Origin: Raja brachyura
Taxonomy: Eukaryota
NCBI GenBank assembly: GCA_963514005.1
Contig: OY740783.1
Coordinates: 6,076,001-6,140,000 of the forward strand
Direction: 5' to 3'
Length of the DNA stretch: 64,000 nucleotides
In this document: in pieces, positions 26,528 through 39,283 of the stretch
Layout of the letters: each line of letters opens with the position of its first letter
Position numbering within the stretch: the first letter of the stretch is position 1
Position numbers and translations under genes: made by a program
The notes under the pieces: model-generated
What the model was told of the DNA's origin: nothing
Database searches by the model: none
What the model saw: only the letters and a program-made list of their open reading frames with translations

Positions 26528-27347
26528 CCGCATCTGTGTCTCACTTAATATTATTAGCCTCAGAACTCGCCTTTAAAGCTTCATTTTTAAATGCATGGCA
26601 TTTCATATTTATTCATATTTATTCTGATTCCAATTGATTTCACCTTTCCCCCGCATATTATGTGGGTGAAGTCCAACACTCCACCGTTAGCAAAGAGCAG
26701 GAATAATTGAACGGAAGCACCTGTGGATTATTTAGAGAAATGAATGTACTGATTCCAGCCCGATGCACAGAGCTGCTGACTGCGAACTAACAACACCAAG
26801 ATCTGCCCAGCAACACGTGTCTCAAACCCTCAACTGGCGACGCTATTGGATAACAAATGGGTCATTAGGATTCATAATTTAATTGTGCTCTTCTGATAGT
26901 TTGGACTGAAAGTCACTTTGGACTGAAAGTGAGAAGTGCAATTGATTAAAAGATAGAATGGATGTTCATTACATTCATTCACAAATTTGCTAGATAGAGT
27001 TCTGGGCTTGGAGGGATCTAATAATATTTTGAATAATCGGGCACATGATGATCAGGTTGAAGGCTGAACCAGTTTTAAGGGCCAAATGGCCTCCCCTGCT
27101 CTAATCTTTAATGTTCTTGTCGAGTGGTGATCCATTACTATAAATATTATTCAGTGTACAATACTGTTGTTCGTGAAATCACGTTACAAATATTTCCCTG
27201 GTGTATGTCCCATGTAACATGGTAAAAATGAGGTGTCAAGGAGTTTAAATGTGAATATAATTCACCCTGCATTAAGGGCTTGACAAGCTTCACGTCTACA
27301 GAGAGTGTTACTGACATGGAGAAATGAAATAGAACAACGGAAATTCA

Positions 27348-27790
27348 CGAGGACAATCTCTGCGACTGAACTCCGCTTTCAGGATCTCTCTGTCTCCATC
27401 ACAAAAGATAGACTACGCACAGACGCCCATTAATACTTGTTACTTTGACTGCATCCTTCCAATCTCCCTCTTGCAAGGACGCCATCCCTTACTCTCGATT
27501 TCTCCATCTCAGCTACTTGTACTTCCAAGAAAACGCTTTTCACCCAGCGACACGCAAAACATTCCTTTAATTTCAGTAGCCGTGGTTTAGCCTGTGCAGT
27601 TGTGGATTTCACCTTCATCCATATCTTCCCTGTGTCTCGCGGTTCTTCTCTCACTCGCCCTTCCTCAGACGGAACAAGGATAATGTTCCTCTGGACCTCG
27701 TTTTTCACCACGCCAGTCTGCACATTTAATATATAATTCTCTGACATTTCCAATATCTTCAAGGCAATCTCATCTGCAGTCGCATCCAGT
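27348..27790 (+). mobile_element. Degenerate Penelope-like element RT/linker fragment
   Basis: TISATELRFQDLSVSITKDRLRTD-like translation; homologous to 28990-29120 and 56650-56990. Confidence 0.6.
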
Positions 27791-27847
27791 CATTGGAGGT
27801 GTCATTAGAGCAGTCAGGGCTACCGTCGAGGAAGTACTGAAGCAGAG

Positions 27848-28570
27848 GTTGATGGTGGAAGGTTGCTTCTCGGACTGGATGCCTCTGACTAGTGGTGTGC
27901 CACAGGGTTCGGTGCTGGTCCTGTTACGGTTTGTCATCTACATCAATGATTTGGATGAGAACATTCAGGGCAAGATTAACAAGTTTGCTGATGATACAAC
28001 AGACAGTGAAGATGGTTGTGAACGATTGCAGCAGGATCTGGATTGATTGGCCAGGTGGGTGGAGGAATGGTTGATGCAATTTAATACAAGGAAGTGTGAG
28101 GTGTTGCCTTTTGGGACGTCTAATAAGGGCAGGACGATACACTAAATTGGAGGCATCTGGGTAGTGTTGTGGAGCGGATGGATCTCGGAGTACAGGTGCA
28201 TGGCTCCTTGAAGGTCGAGTAGCAGGTCGATAAGGTGGTCAAAATGATTTTGGCACTTTGGACTTCATCAGTCAGAGTATTGAGTATAGAAGTTGGGAGG
28301 TCATGTTGCAGTTGTATAAAACATTGGTGAGACCGCACTTAGAGTATTGTGTTGTGTTCTGGGCACCATGTTATAGGAATGATATTTTCAAGCTTGAAGG
28401 GATTCAGAAAAAGATTTACAAAGAAGCTGTCAGGACTAGAGCGTGTGAGCTAGAAGGCGAGGTTAAGTAGGCTGGGTCTCTATTCCATGGAGTGTAGGAG
28501 GATGAGGGGAGATCTTATAGAGTTATACAAAGTCATGAGAGTAGGGGAATCGAGGACCAGAGGATATAGA
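27848..28570 (+). mobile_element. CR1 RT fragment
   Basis: SGVPQGSVL, KFADDT, RPHLEYC. Confidence 0.8.
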
Positions 28571-28821
28571 AACGTAGAGACATTGAAAATAGGTGCAGGA
28601 GTAGGCCATTCGGCCCTTCGAGCCTGCACCGCCATTCAATATGATCATGGCTGATCATCCAACTCAGTATCCTGTACCTGCCTTCTCTCCATACCCCCTG
28701 ATCCCTTTAGCCACAAGGGCCACATCTAACTCCCTCTTAAATATAGTCAATGAACTGGCCTCAACTACCTTCTGTGGCAGAGAATTCCAGAGACTCACCA
28801 CTCTCTGTGTGAAAAATATTC

Positions 28822-30565
28822 TGGTGCACATATTTTTCTCCCTATCACCCAGCTCTCTATTCACATTAAATAAAAAAAACTCTACCTCCACTACATGAAC
28901 GACTGCATCGGTGCTACCTCCTGCACCGATGCGGAACTCACTGACCAGTAACGTCACGACCAAATTCCCATCCTGCACTGAAATGCACTTGGACCATCTC
29001 CGACATCTCCATGCTGTTTCCAGATCTGACCATCACCATTACAGGAGACAAGCTATCGACTGACATCTATGACAAACCCACTGACTCTCATTGCAATCAG
29101 GACTATACTTCTTCACAGCCTGTTTCATAGAAACAAAGAAAACATAGAAACATAGAAAATAGGTGCAGGAGAAGGCCATTCAGCCCTTCGAGCCTGTACC
29201 GCCATTCATTGTGATCATGGCTGATCGTCCCTATCAATAACCTGTGCCTGCCTTCTCCCCATATCCATTGACTCCACTAGCCCTTGTTAGGGTTTCCTGT
29301 AAAGATTCTCCCCCTACTCCCAATTCCTCTGCCTACGCCGCATTTGCGGCCACGATGAAGTGTTCCATACCAGGTCAATAGGTATGGACAATAGACAATA
29401 GGTGTAGGAGTAGGCCATTCGGCCCTTCGAGCCAGCACCACCATTCAATATGATCATGGCTGATCATCCACAATTAGTACCCCGTTTCTGCCTTCTCCCC
29501 ATATCCCATGACTCCGCTATTTTTAAGAGCCCTATCTAGCTCTCTCTTGAAAGTATCCAGAGAACCGACCTCCACCGCCCTCTGAGGCAGAGAATTCCAC
29601 AGACTCACCGCTCTCTATGAAAAAAGGTGTTTCCTCGTCTACGTTCTAAATGGCTTACCTCTTATTCTTAAACTGTGGCCCCTGGTTCTGGACTGCCCCA
29701 AAATCGGGAACATTTTTCCTGCCTCCAGCGTGTCCAAACCCTTAATAATCTTTTATGTTTCAATAAGATCCCCTCTCATCCTTCTAAACTCCAGAGTATA
29801 CAAGCCCAGCCGCTCCATTCTCTCAGCATATGCAGTCCCGCCTTCCCGGGAATTAACCTTGTCAACCTATGCTGCACTCCCTCAATAGCAAGAGTGTCCT
29901 TCCTCAAATTAGGGGACCAAAATTGCACACAATACTCTAGATATGGTCTCACTAGGGCCCTATACAACTGCAGTCGGAATTATTTGCTCCTATACTCAAC
30001 TCCTCTTGTTATAAAGGCCAACATGCCATTCGCTTTCTTCACTGCCTGCTGTACCTGCATGCTTACTTTCATTGACTGATGAACAAGGACCCCCAGATCC
30101 CGTCGTTGTTCGCCTTTTCCCAACTTAACAGCATTTAGATAGTAATCGGCCTTCCTGTTTTTGCTACCAGAGATGTCCTCATTCTTCAGTGAATGCGGGA
30201 CCCCCTCTTCCATTACAGATGAGACTCTCACTAGGGTCTCGTCGACATCCTGCAGCTCCTCTCTTGCTCTCCCTCCCCCATTCGTAACAAGGACAGAGTC
30301 CCCCTTGTCCTCAGCTTCCACCCCATCAGCTGTTGCATACAGCACGTAATCCAACATTTTCCCCATCTTCAACAGAATCCCACCACTAGCCACATCTTCC
30401 CATCTCCACCCCTTTCTGCTTTTTGCAGAGACAGATCCCATCGTAAATCCTTGGTGAACTCGTCCCTTCCCACCAAAGCCACCCCTCTCCAGGTACTTTC
30501 CCCTGCAACCGCTAGAGGGGCAACACCTGTCCCTATACATCCCCATCAACTCCATCCAAGGACCA
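28822..30565 (+). mobile_element. Penelope-like element (RT C-terminus to the Cys-rich region before the GIY-YIG domain), interrupted by minus-strand HER1 pieces at 29127-29285 and 29385-30166
   Basis: WTISD...DLTITITGDKLSTDIYDKPTDSH, PYSQFLCLRRIC, EMSSFF, PGTFPCNR..TCPY motifs typical of vertebrate Penelope-like elements. Confidence 0.72.
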
Positions 30566-31745
30566 AGGATCTCCATCCATCCAAGCAGCAATCAAAGAGA
30601 AGCAGGGAGAAGAGCTTATTAGCTGAAACCCGTGGGAAAGGTGAGTCAGAGGGGAAAAACAGTTTAAAAAGAGCACCAAAAGCCAGTGTTAGCACATTGC
30701 TTACATGGATCTTGGACAAGCAGTAATCAAAGAGAAGCAGGGAGAAGAGCTTCTTGGCTGAAACCCATGGGAAAGGAGAGTAAGTCACAGGTAAAAAACA
30801 GTGAGGAATTTGGGTGTAAATTGGTAAATTAGGCAATTTATCAGTCAATGTAAGCAAGGCTGCGCTATGGGTACAGTAATGAGGGAGCGGCCTTGTGAGG
30901 GATGTGTGAGTCTTTGGCTCGAGAGTCTTCAGAGAGAAGGCTGCGCAGAAAGCTGGAGAGGACGGGACGTGATGAACACATGACGGGTAAGATGAGACAG
31001 TGTGATGTTTGCAGGATGTGGGAGCCCAGGGACACAGATGGAGCCTCTGGCTGCTAAAACTGTGGCAAGTGCATCCAGGTTCAGCTCCTGAAGGATCGTG
31101 TTGGGGCACCGGAGAAGCAGCTGGATTACCTCAGGGCCATCTGGGAAAATGAAAGTTTCCTGTACAGGACCTACAGTGAGGTTGTCACGCCGAGAATACG
31201 GGAAGAACCAAGGTGTGCGACAGAGAGAGAGGGTGGTAACTGAGGAGTGTAGGAGACCCAGGTGGCTGTGCCTCTTGGGAACTGTCTGGGGAGACGATGC
31301 TTCCAGTCAGCGGCGGACACGTCGGTGGCTCCAATCCTAGAGATGGGACTTGACCGGTGTCGGGCAGAGCCCTGGCGGTGGGTGACTCCATTGTCTGAGG
31401 AGCAGACAGGAAATTCTATGGCGGCAGATGAGACACGAGGATGGTCTGTTGCCTCCCTGGTGCCAGGTTCAGGATGTCATGAGCTGAATTCAGAACATCC
31501 TCCAGAGAGAAGGTGAACTGCCGGCAGTAGTTGTGCACGTAGACACAAACAACATCGTGAAGAAGAGGAAGGAGGTTCTCCAACATGAGCAGAGAGTTTG
31601 GAAGAAGACTGAAAAGCTGGACTTCTAGGGTGGTTAGCTCTGGATTGCTTCCAGTACTTCGTGCAAGTGAGGACAGGAACATGGAGATAGGGGATCTGAA
31701 TGTGTGGCTGAGGGGCTGGTGCAGGGAGCAAGGATTTAGATTTAC
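30566..31745 (+). mobile_element. HER1/CR1 5'UTR and degenerate ORF1
   Basis: Homologous in inverted orientation to 20850-22400. Confidence 0.78.
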
Positions 31746-33545
31746 TAAAACTAAGATTCCAAAGGGTTTCTACAGCTATGTTAATAGCATAAGGATAACA
31801 AGGGATAAAATTGGTCCATTGGAGAGACCGAGTGGACAGCTATCTGCAGAGCCAAAAGAGATGGGGGAGATATTGAACAATTTATTTTCTTCGGTATTCA
31901 CCAAGGAGAAGGATATTGAATTATGTGAGGTAAGGGAAACTAGTAGAGTAGCTATGGATGCTATGAGTTTCAAAGTAAAAGAAGTACTGGCAATTTTGAA
32001 AAATATAAAAGTGGATAAGTCTCCAGGTCCTGACAGGATATTCCCTAGGACATTGAGGGAAGTTAGTGTAGAAATAGCCGGGGCTATGACAGAAATATTT
32101 CAAATGTCATTAGAAACTGGGATAGTCCCCGAGGATTGGCGTACTGCACATGTTGTTCCATTGTTTAAAAAGGGTTCTAAAAGTAAACCTAGCAATTATA
32201 GACCGGTTAGTTTGACTTCAGTGGTGGGCAAGTTAATGGAAAAGATACTTAAAGATAATATATATAAGTATCTGGATAAAGAGGGTCTAATTAGGAACAG
32301 TCAACATGGATTTATGCCTGGAAGGTCATGTTTGACTAATCTTCTTGAATTTTTTGAAGAGGTTACTAGGGAAATTGACGAGGGTAAAGCAGTGGATGTT
32401 GTCTATATGGACTTCAGTAAGGCCTTTGACAAGGTTCCTCATGGAAGGTTGGTTAAGAAGGTTCAACTGTTGGGTATAAATGCAGGAATAGCAAGATGGA
32501 TTCAACAGTGGCTGAATGGGAGAAGCCAGAGGGTAATGGTGGATGGCTGTTTGTCGGGTTGGAGGCAGGTGACTAGTGGGGTGCCTCAGGGATCTGTGTT
32601 GGGTCCTTTGTTGTTTGTCATGTACATCAATGATCTGGATGAAGGGGTGGTAAATTGGATTAGTAAGTATGCAGATGATACCAAGATAGGGGGTGTTGTG
32701 GATAATGAAGAGAATTTCCAAAGTCTACAGAGTGATTTAGGCCAGTTGGAAAAATGGGCTGAAAGATGGCAGATGGAGTTTAATGCTGATAAATGTGAGG
32801 TGCTACACCTTGGCAGGACAAATCAAAATAGGACGTACATGGTAAACGGTATGGAATTGAAGAATACAGTTGAACAGAGGGATCTGGGAATAACCGTGCA
32901 TAGTTCCTTGAAGGTAGAATCTCATATAGATGGGGTGGTAAAGAAAGCTTTTGGTATGCTAGCCTTTATAAATCAGAGCATTGAGTATAGAAGCTGGGAT
33001 GTAATGTTAAAATTGTACAAGGCGTTGGTGAGACCAAATCTGGAGTATGGTGTACAATTTTGGTCGCCCAATTATAGGAAGGATGTCAACAAAATAGAGA
33101 GGGTACAGAGGAGATTTACTAGAATGTTGCCTGGGTTTCAACAGCTAAATTACAGAGATAGGTTGAATAAGTTAGGTCTTTATTCTCTGGAGCGCAGAAG
33201 GTTAAGGGGGGACTTGATAGAGGTCTTTAAAATGATGAGAGGGATAGACAGAGTTAATGTGGACAAGCTTTTCCCTTTGAGAATAGGGAAGATTCGAACA
33301 AGAGGGGGAACTTCTTTACTCAGAGAGTGGTAGCGGTGTGGAATGAGTTTCCAGTGGAAGTGGTGGCGGCAGGTTTGTTGGTATCATTTAAAAATAAATT
33401 GGATAGGCATGTGGATGAGAAGGATATGGAGGGTTATGGTATGAGTGCAGGCAGGTGGGACTAAGGGAAAAAAGTTGTTCGGCACGGACTTGAAGGGCCG
33501 AGATGGCCTGTTTCCGTGCTGTAATTGTTATATGGTTATATGGTT
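31746..33545 (+). mobile_element. CR1 (different subfamily) with open RT domain and (TTATATGG)n tail
   Basis: About 520 aa uninterrupted, with PGPD, QHGF, QGSVLGP and YADDT. Confidence 0.92.
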
Positions 33546-33546
33546 A

Positions 33547-33900
33547 AGATCTTGACCGCTTTCTGACTTTCTGTTTCGCGATTTCCAAAAGAACGCCGCC
33601 ACTTCTGGCTGTCATTTTTGGCCAGCTGGCTCAGTTTCCCCCTCCACCAGATTCGACTGGAGGATCTTTCCCATCGATAAAAAATCAGAGAGTTATTAAT
33701 GTTTTAAAAAATGTCACCATTCTCTCTGCTGCCCCCGGTGTCGGCAGGGGGGAGGGACTATAAAACCAGGAAGTGTCGTGCCTCATTCAGTCTCTGCAAG
33801 ATTGAGGAAGCGAGAGGGTCACTGCTCTCTGTGCTGCGAATAACACTGATCGCACGTCTACTCGACGGTGAGTCCCCTGATGTGGTTGTGAAGTATGGTT
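33547..33900 (+). mobile_element. Truncated 5' part of the non-autonomous Helitron family seen at 42341
   Basis: Aligns by eye with 42359-42695 (gatcttgaccgc...ggagggactat..aaaccaggaagtg). Confidence 0.65.
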
Positions 33901-35404
33901 TTCAAAATTCCTTAGATTCTGGAGTAGTTCCTGAGGATTGGAGGGTAGCTAATGTAACCCCACTTTTTAAAAAAGGAGGGAGAGAGAAAGTGGGGAATTA
34001 CAGACCAGTTAGTCTAACATCGGTAGTGGGGAAACTGCTAGAGTCAGTTATTAAAGATGGGATAGCAGCGCATTTGGAAAGTGGTGAAATCATTGGACAA
34101 AGTCAGCATGGATTTACGAAAGGTAAATCATGTCTGACAAATCTGATAGAATTTTTCGAGGATGTAACTAGTAGAGTGGATAAGGGAGAACCAGTGGATG
34201 TGTTATATCTAGACTTTCAGAAGGCTTTCGACAAGGTCCCGCATAAGAGATTAGCATACAAACTTAAAGCACACGGTATTGGGGGTTCAGTATTGATATG
34301 GATAGAGAACTGGCTAGCAGAGAGGAGGCAAAGGGTAGGAGTAAACGGGTCCTTTTCAGAATGGCAGGCAGTGACTAGTGGGGTGCCGCAAGGCTCAGTG
34401 CTGGGACCCCAGCTATTTACAATATATATTAATGATTTGGACGAGGGAATTCAATGCAACATCTCCAAATTTGCAGATGATACCAAGCTGGGGGGTATAG
34501 TTAGGTGTGAGGAGGATGCTTGGAGGCTGCAGGGTGATTTGGATAGGCTGAGTGAATGGGCAGATGCATGGCAGATGCAGTATAATGTGGATAAATGTGA
34601 GGTTATCCACTTTGGTGGCAAAAACATGAGGGTAGACTATTATCTGAATGGTGGCAGATTAGGAAAGGGGGAGATGCAACGAGACCTGGGTGTCATGGTA
34701 CACCAGTCATTGAAAGTAGGCATGCAGGTGCAGCAGGCAGTGAAGAAAGTAAATGGTATGTTAGCATTCATAGCGAAAGGATTTGAGTATAGGAGCAGGG
34801 AGGTTCTACTGCAATTGTACAGGGTTTTGGTGAGGCCACACCTGGAGTATTGCGTACAGTTTTGGTCTCCAAATCTGAGGAAAGACATCCTTGCCATAGA
34901 GGGGGTACAGAGAAGATTCACCAGACTGATTCCTGGGATGTCAGGACTTTCATATGAGGAAAGATTGGATAGACTCGGCGTGTACTCACAGGAATTTAGA
35001 AGATTGAGGTGGGATCTTATAGAAACTTACAAAATTCTTAAGGGGTTGGACAAGCTAGATGCTGGAAGATTGTTCCCGATGTTGGGGGAATCCAGAACAA
35101 GGGGTCACAGTCTAAGGATAAGGGGGAATTCCTTTAGGACCGAAATGAGGAAAACATTCTTTACACAGAGAGTGGTGAGTCTCTGGAATTCTCTGCCACA
35201 GAAGGTAGTTGAGGCCAGTTCATTGGCTATATTTAAGAGGGCGTTAGATGTGGCACTTGTGGCTAAAAGGATCAGGGGGTATGGAGAGAAGGCAGGTACA
35301 GGATACTGAGTTGGATGATCAGCCATGATCACATTGAATGGCGGTGCAGGCTCGAAGGGCCGAATGGCCTACTCCTGCACCTATTTCTATGTTTCTATGT
35401 TTCT
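33900..35404 (+). mobile_element. Young HER1 copy, open RT through to the stop and tail
   Basis: ORF with FADDT ending GYGEKAGTGY*; 3' part nearly identical to 49670-50250. Confidence 0.93.
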
Positions 35405-35406
35405 AA

Positions 35407-35557
35407 GTGTTTGCCAAATTGGCTTGGCTGTTAAAGACACTTCTAAAAATGTGTTGGCTGTTTGCAATGTGTTTGCCAAATTGGCATGGCTTTTAAAGAC
35501 TCTTCAGAAAACGTGTTGGCTGTTTACAAAGTGTTTGCCAAATTGGGATGGCTTTTA
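35407..35557. repeat. 62-bp tandem repeat (about 2.5 copies)
   Basis: GTGTTTGCCAAATTGG at 35407, 35469 and 35531. Confidence 0.85.
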
Positions 35558-35932
35558 AAATCGTTGCAACAGTTTTCAGATGGATAAAGCAACTGGATCA
35601 GGACTGTGTTTATTTGCAAAATTGGCGCTCATTCCATGACTTCTGTTTGGTGGGAAGATGGTGCCGATGGCGTAATTTCCGGTTAGCGGCAAGATGGCAC
35701 TGAGTGCATAATTTCCGGTTCGTGGCAAGATGGCGCTGACTGCAGAAGGCACAGAGTGAAGACGCCGTTGAATAAATCAAGTGAGCTGGCGAGTGTGTCT
35801 GTTGGATGATATTTAAAGCACGTTTTTGCTACAGCAGCAGCAGCCTCTACAGGAGGCTTTAAACGTTTGAATCATTCGGTTTACACACTGTATGTTTACC
35901 ACGTTCTGAAGTTACTTGGTATTTTAGTATTG

Positions 35933-35976
35933 GGTGTGAGTGAGTGAGTGTGTTTGTGTGTGTGTGAGTCTGTGTG

Positions 35977-36036
<60 letters not shown>

Positions 36037-36090
36037 AGTCTGTGTGTGTGTGTGATGGAGGGTGTGTGTGTGGTGGAGGATGCGTGTGTG
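35933..36090. repeat. (TG)n microsatellite
   Basis: Directly visible. Confidence 0.95.
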
Positions 36091-37014
36091 ATCAACAAAT
36101 AACAAATAGTACTAATAATATAGTCTTTCATAGTTCAGACCTTATTTGTTGTTTAATAGCCTGATGGCTATCAGGAAGAAGCTGTTCCTCAATGTGGATG
36201 TTACAGTTTTCAGTTTACAAAAGTCGGACGTGACTCCAGAAGCCGTGATTCAGTCCGTTAGTCCAGAGACCATGAGTTAGTCCAAAGGCAGTGCGTGAGT
36301 CCTGAGGCCATGAGTAGGTCGCTCTCCCCCCCCCCCCCCCCACTGACATCCCCCACCTCAAGACGCTGCCCTCCACCTGACTATAGGATGCTCCCCGTCC
36401 TGAAGCCACCCCCATCCCCCGCTGCAGGACATCCCCATCCCCCATCAGCCCATGAGAGCCCCCGCCTGAAGCCGTCCCCCTCCCTCGGTTGCAGGATGTT
36501 TGCCCCCCCCCCCACCCCACCCCACCCCGACAGCCCCGCCTCAAATAAATGTTTTGCACAAATTCTTCAGTGAGTCCAGAGGATTGAGAATTACAACAAA
36601 ACAATGGAATTCTTTAATTTGCCACAACCGAGAAATGGAAGGATGCACCTTGATGATGACAATCCAGATTTGCTGCGCCCCTTCAGCAGACCCAATTCCC
36701 CTTTCAATTAAGTTTTGCTATGATGATCCATAAAGCACATGAACAAACAATGCAGGTGTTGATCTACCTCGACAAACTGGTATTTCAGCTTGGAAAACTA
36801 CATGTGTCTCTAAACCGAGGAAAGATGAAGGGAAATCAAAGTTTTCCTGAAAAACGGAACATCGACCAAGAATGTTGACCTAATGGGCAGGAATGGATGC
36901 TCTGTGGGAGAACCACTATGAGTGCATGGGGGGAGGTTGTGGGGAGATGGACTGAATGTGTGGGGGGAGGGGAATGGCAAGGAGCAGAGAGGGAGGCTGA
37001 AGGGAGCAGGGGTG

Positions 37015-37335
37015 ACTGAGTGAACTGCCAGCGTACCAGGCGTGAATGACTGCACTGCCAGTCCACCAGCTGTCAGTGACTGCACTGCCAGTCCACCAGC
37101 CGTCAGTGACTGCACTGCCAGTCCACCAGCCATGAGTAACTGCACTGCCAGTCCACCAGCCGTGAGTGACTGCACTGCCAGTCCACCAGCCATGAGTGAC
37201 CGCACTGCCAGCCCACCAGCCGTGAGTAAGTGAACTGCCAGCCCACCAGCCGTGAGTGACTGCACTGCCAGCCCACCAGCCGTGAGTAGGTGAACTTCCA
37301 GCCCACCAGCCATAAGTGACTGAGCTGCCAGCCCA
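37015..37335. repeat. 30-bp minisatellite (about 10 copies)
   Basis: Unit TGCACTGCCAGTCCACCAGCCGTGAGTGAC. Confidence 0.95.
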
Positions 37336-37603
37336 AGAATCCAATCGGCCCACCATGTCCATATTAGCCCTCTGGAAACCAGTCTCTTTGCCCACAACAC
37401 CCATACTAGCTCAACAGAGAGCCCCCCCCCCACCCCCCCCCCCCCAGGCGGGAGAGAGAAAACAGGGAATTATAGACCAGTTAGCCTGACACCGGTGGTG
37501 GGGAAGATGCTGGAGTCAATTATAAAAGATGAAATAGCGGCACATTTGAATAGTAGTAACAGGATTGGTCTGAGTCAGCATGGGTTTACGAAGGGGAAAT
37601 CAT

Positions 37604-39283
37604 TGATTTATTTATTTATTTATTTGTTCATTTGTTCCGAACAAGTAAAGACATAAATAGGAATAAATAACAACAACAAAATCGAAATAGTCAAACAATT
37701 GGACATTCCAGGCAATATTTGCAAAGCAATGAAAAGCATAAAGCAAAATTTAAATGTCCAACACTTTTTCTTTACAAGCTCGAAAAGGAGTGAGAAGAAG
37801 AATAACTTATTTAATCTCACCCCTCCTCCCTAAACCCTTCTTCCATATTTAATAATTAATAAATTAATTATAATAATTATCACCATTATTAATAACATTG
37901 CTTATAATAATAATAATTATAATGTATCAATAATATTGTAATATGTAACATAATATACAATATATAATCTACAATAGTTAATTATTCATTTGAGATACAA
38001 TTTAACCGTAGACGTACCACAGACTATTTTTAGAGATGCATACAGACATATATATACATACAACTGATAAACACATACAAGTGATATGTATGAAGTAACC
38101 AAAAAACATAAATAAATAATAAATAAAATAAATAAATAAACATTAACCCCTGTTTGTCAACCATCCCCTTCATCCCTGTACCTTGTGAAAACAAGTTTTT
38201 TGTCTGTCATTTTGAACTGGTTCATGTTTGGACGTTGCTTTAACTCCACATTCAAACTGTTCCACAATCCCACTCCACAGACCGAAATACAAAAACTTTT
38301 TCTGGTCGTGCGGACTCTTTGTAACTTAAAATTAAATATTCTTCTTAAATTATAACCCCCCACTCGCTCATTGAATAATTTTTGTATATTTCCAGGTAAG
38401 TTTTTATTTTTGGCCCGAAACATCATCTGTGCTGTTTCAAATGCAACCAAATCTGCTAATTTTAATAATTTTGACTGTAAGAATAATGAATTAGTGTGAT
38501 CCAGATACCTGACATTGTGAATAATGCGTATTGCTCGTTTTTGCAGAATAGTTAATGAATGTAGCGAACTTTTATAGTTATTGCCCCAGACTTCTGCACG
38601 GTAATTTAAGTAGGGTAAGATTAGTGAACAGTAGAGAATGCGGAGTGATTTGTGATCCAGAACCTGCTTAACTTTGTGTAATACAGAAATGCTTTTTGAC
38701 AGTTTGGATTGTACATGTGTGATTTCCAGCTGATTCTATCATCCATTATAACCCCAAGAAATTTATTTTCATGAACTCGTTCAATTTGAACCTCATTTAT
38801 CTTTATATTCGCTTGTGTATTTGTTCTGCAATTACCAAATAACATTATTTTGGTTTTGCTCAAGTTTAATGAGCTGCCCAGCTTCACAAACTGTTGCCTG
38901 TTACTTAAATAGCTTTTTATCCAATCCAGTACTAGACCTCTGATGCCATACCTTTCTATTTTTTAAAAAATGATATCATGATTGATCGTATCAAATGCTT
39001 TCTTTATATCAATAAATATCCCAGCTGCATATAGTTTATTGTCAATAGCGTTTTTGTGATATCTTCAATTGATTCTATTATTGCAAGTGATGTTGATCTG
39101 TTTGATCTGAATCCATATTGACTTTCAGTGATTAGTTTATGCTTTTCTACAAATATATCTAGTCTATTGTTGAACATTTTTTCTAGTATTTTGGAGAATT
39201 GAGGGAGTAAAGAAACAGGTCTGTAATTTGTGAAATTATGCTTGATCGCAGTTTTGTATTTTGGTATGACTAATGGTATGACT
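37604..39283 (-). mobile_element. AT-rich LINE of a different clade (Crack/Daphne-like), internally deleted, inserted in HER1
   Basis: Minus RT pieces (YRPVSLLPQFSKILEK, IDIKKAFDTINH, LNLSKTKIMLF, CGVGLWNSL); (AAAT)n tail; AATCAT duplicated at 37598-603 and 39284-89. Confidence 0.78.

Noticed and set aside
36810-37433. Long repetitive ORFs over the 30-bp array, and 42836-43399 over the 51-bp array
   Set aside because: Artefacts of tandem repeats whose period is divisible by 3; no gene structure.
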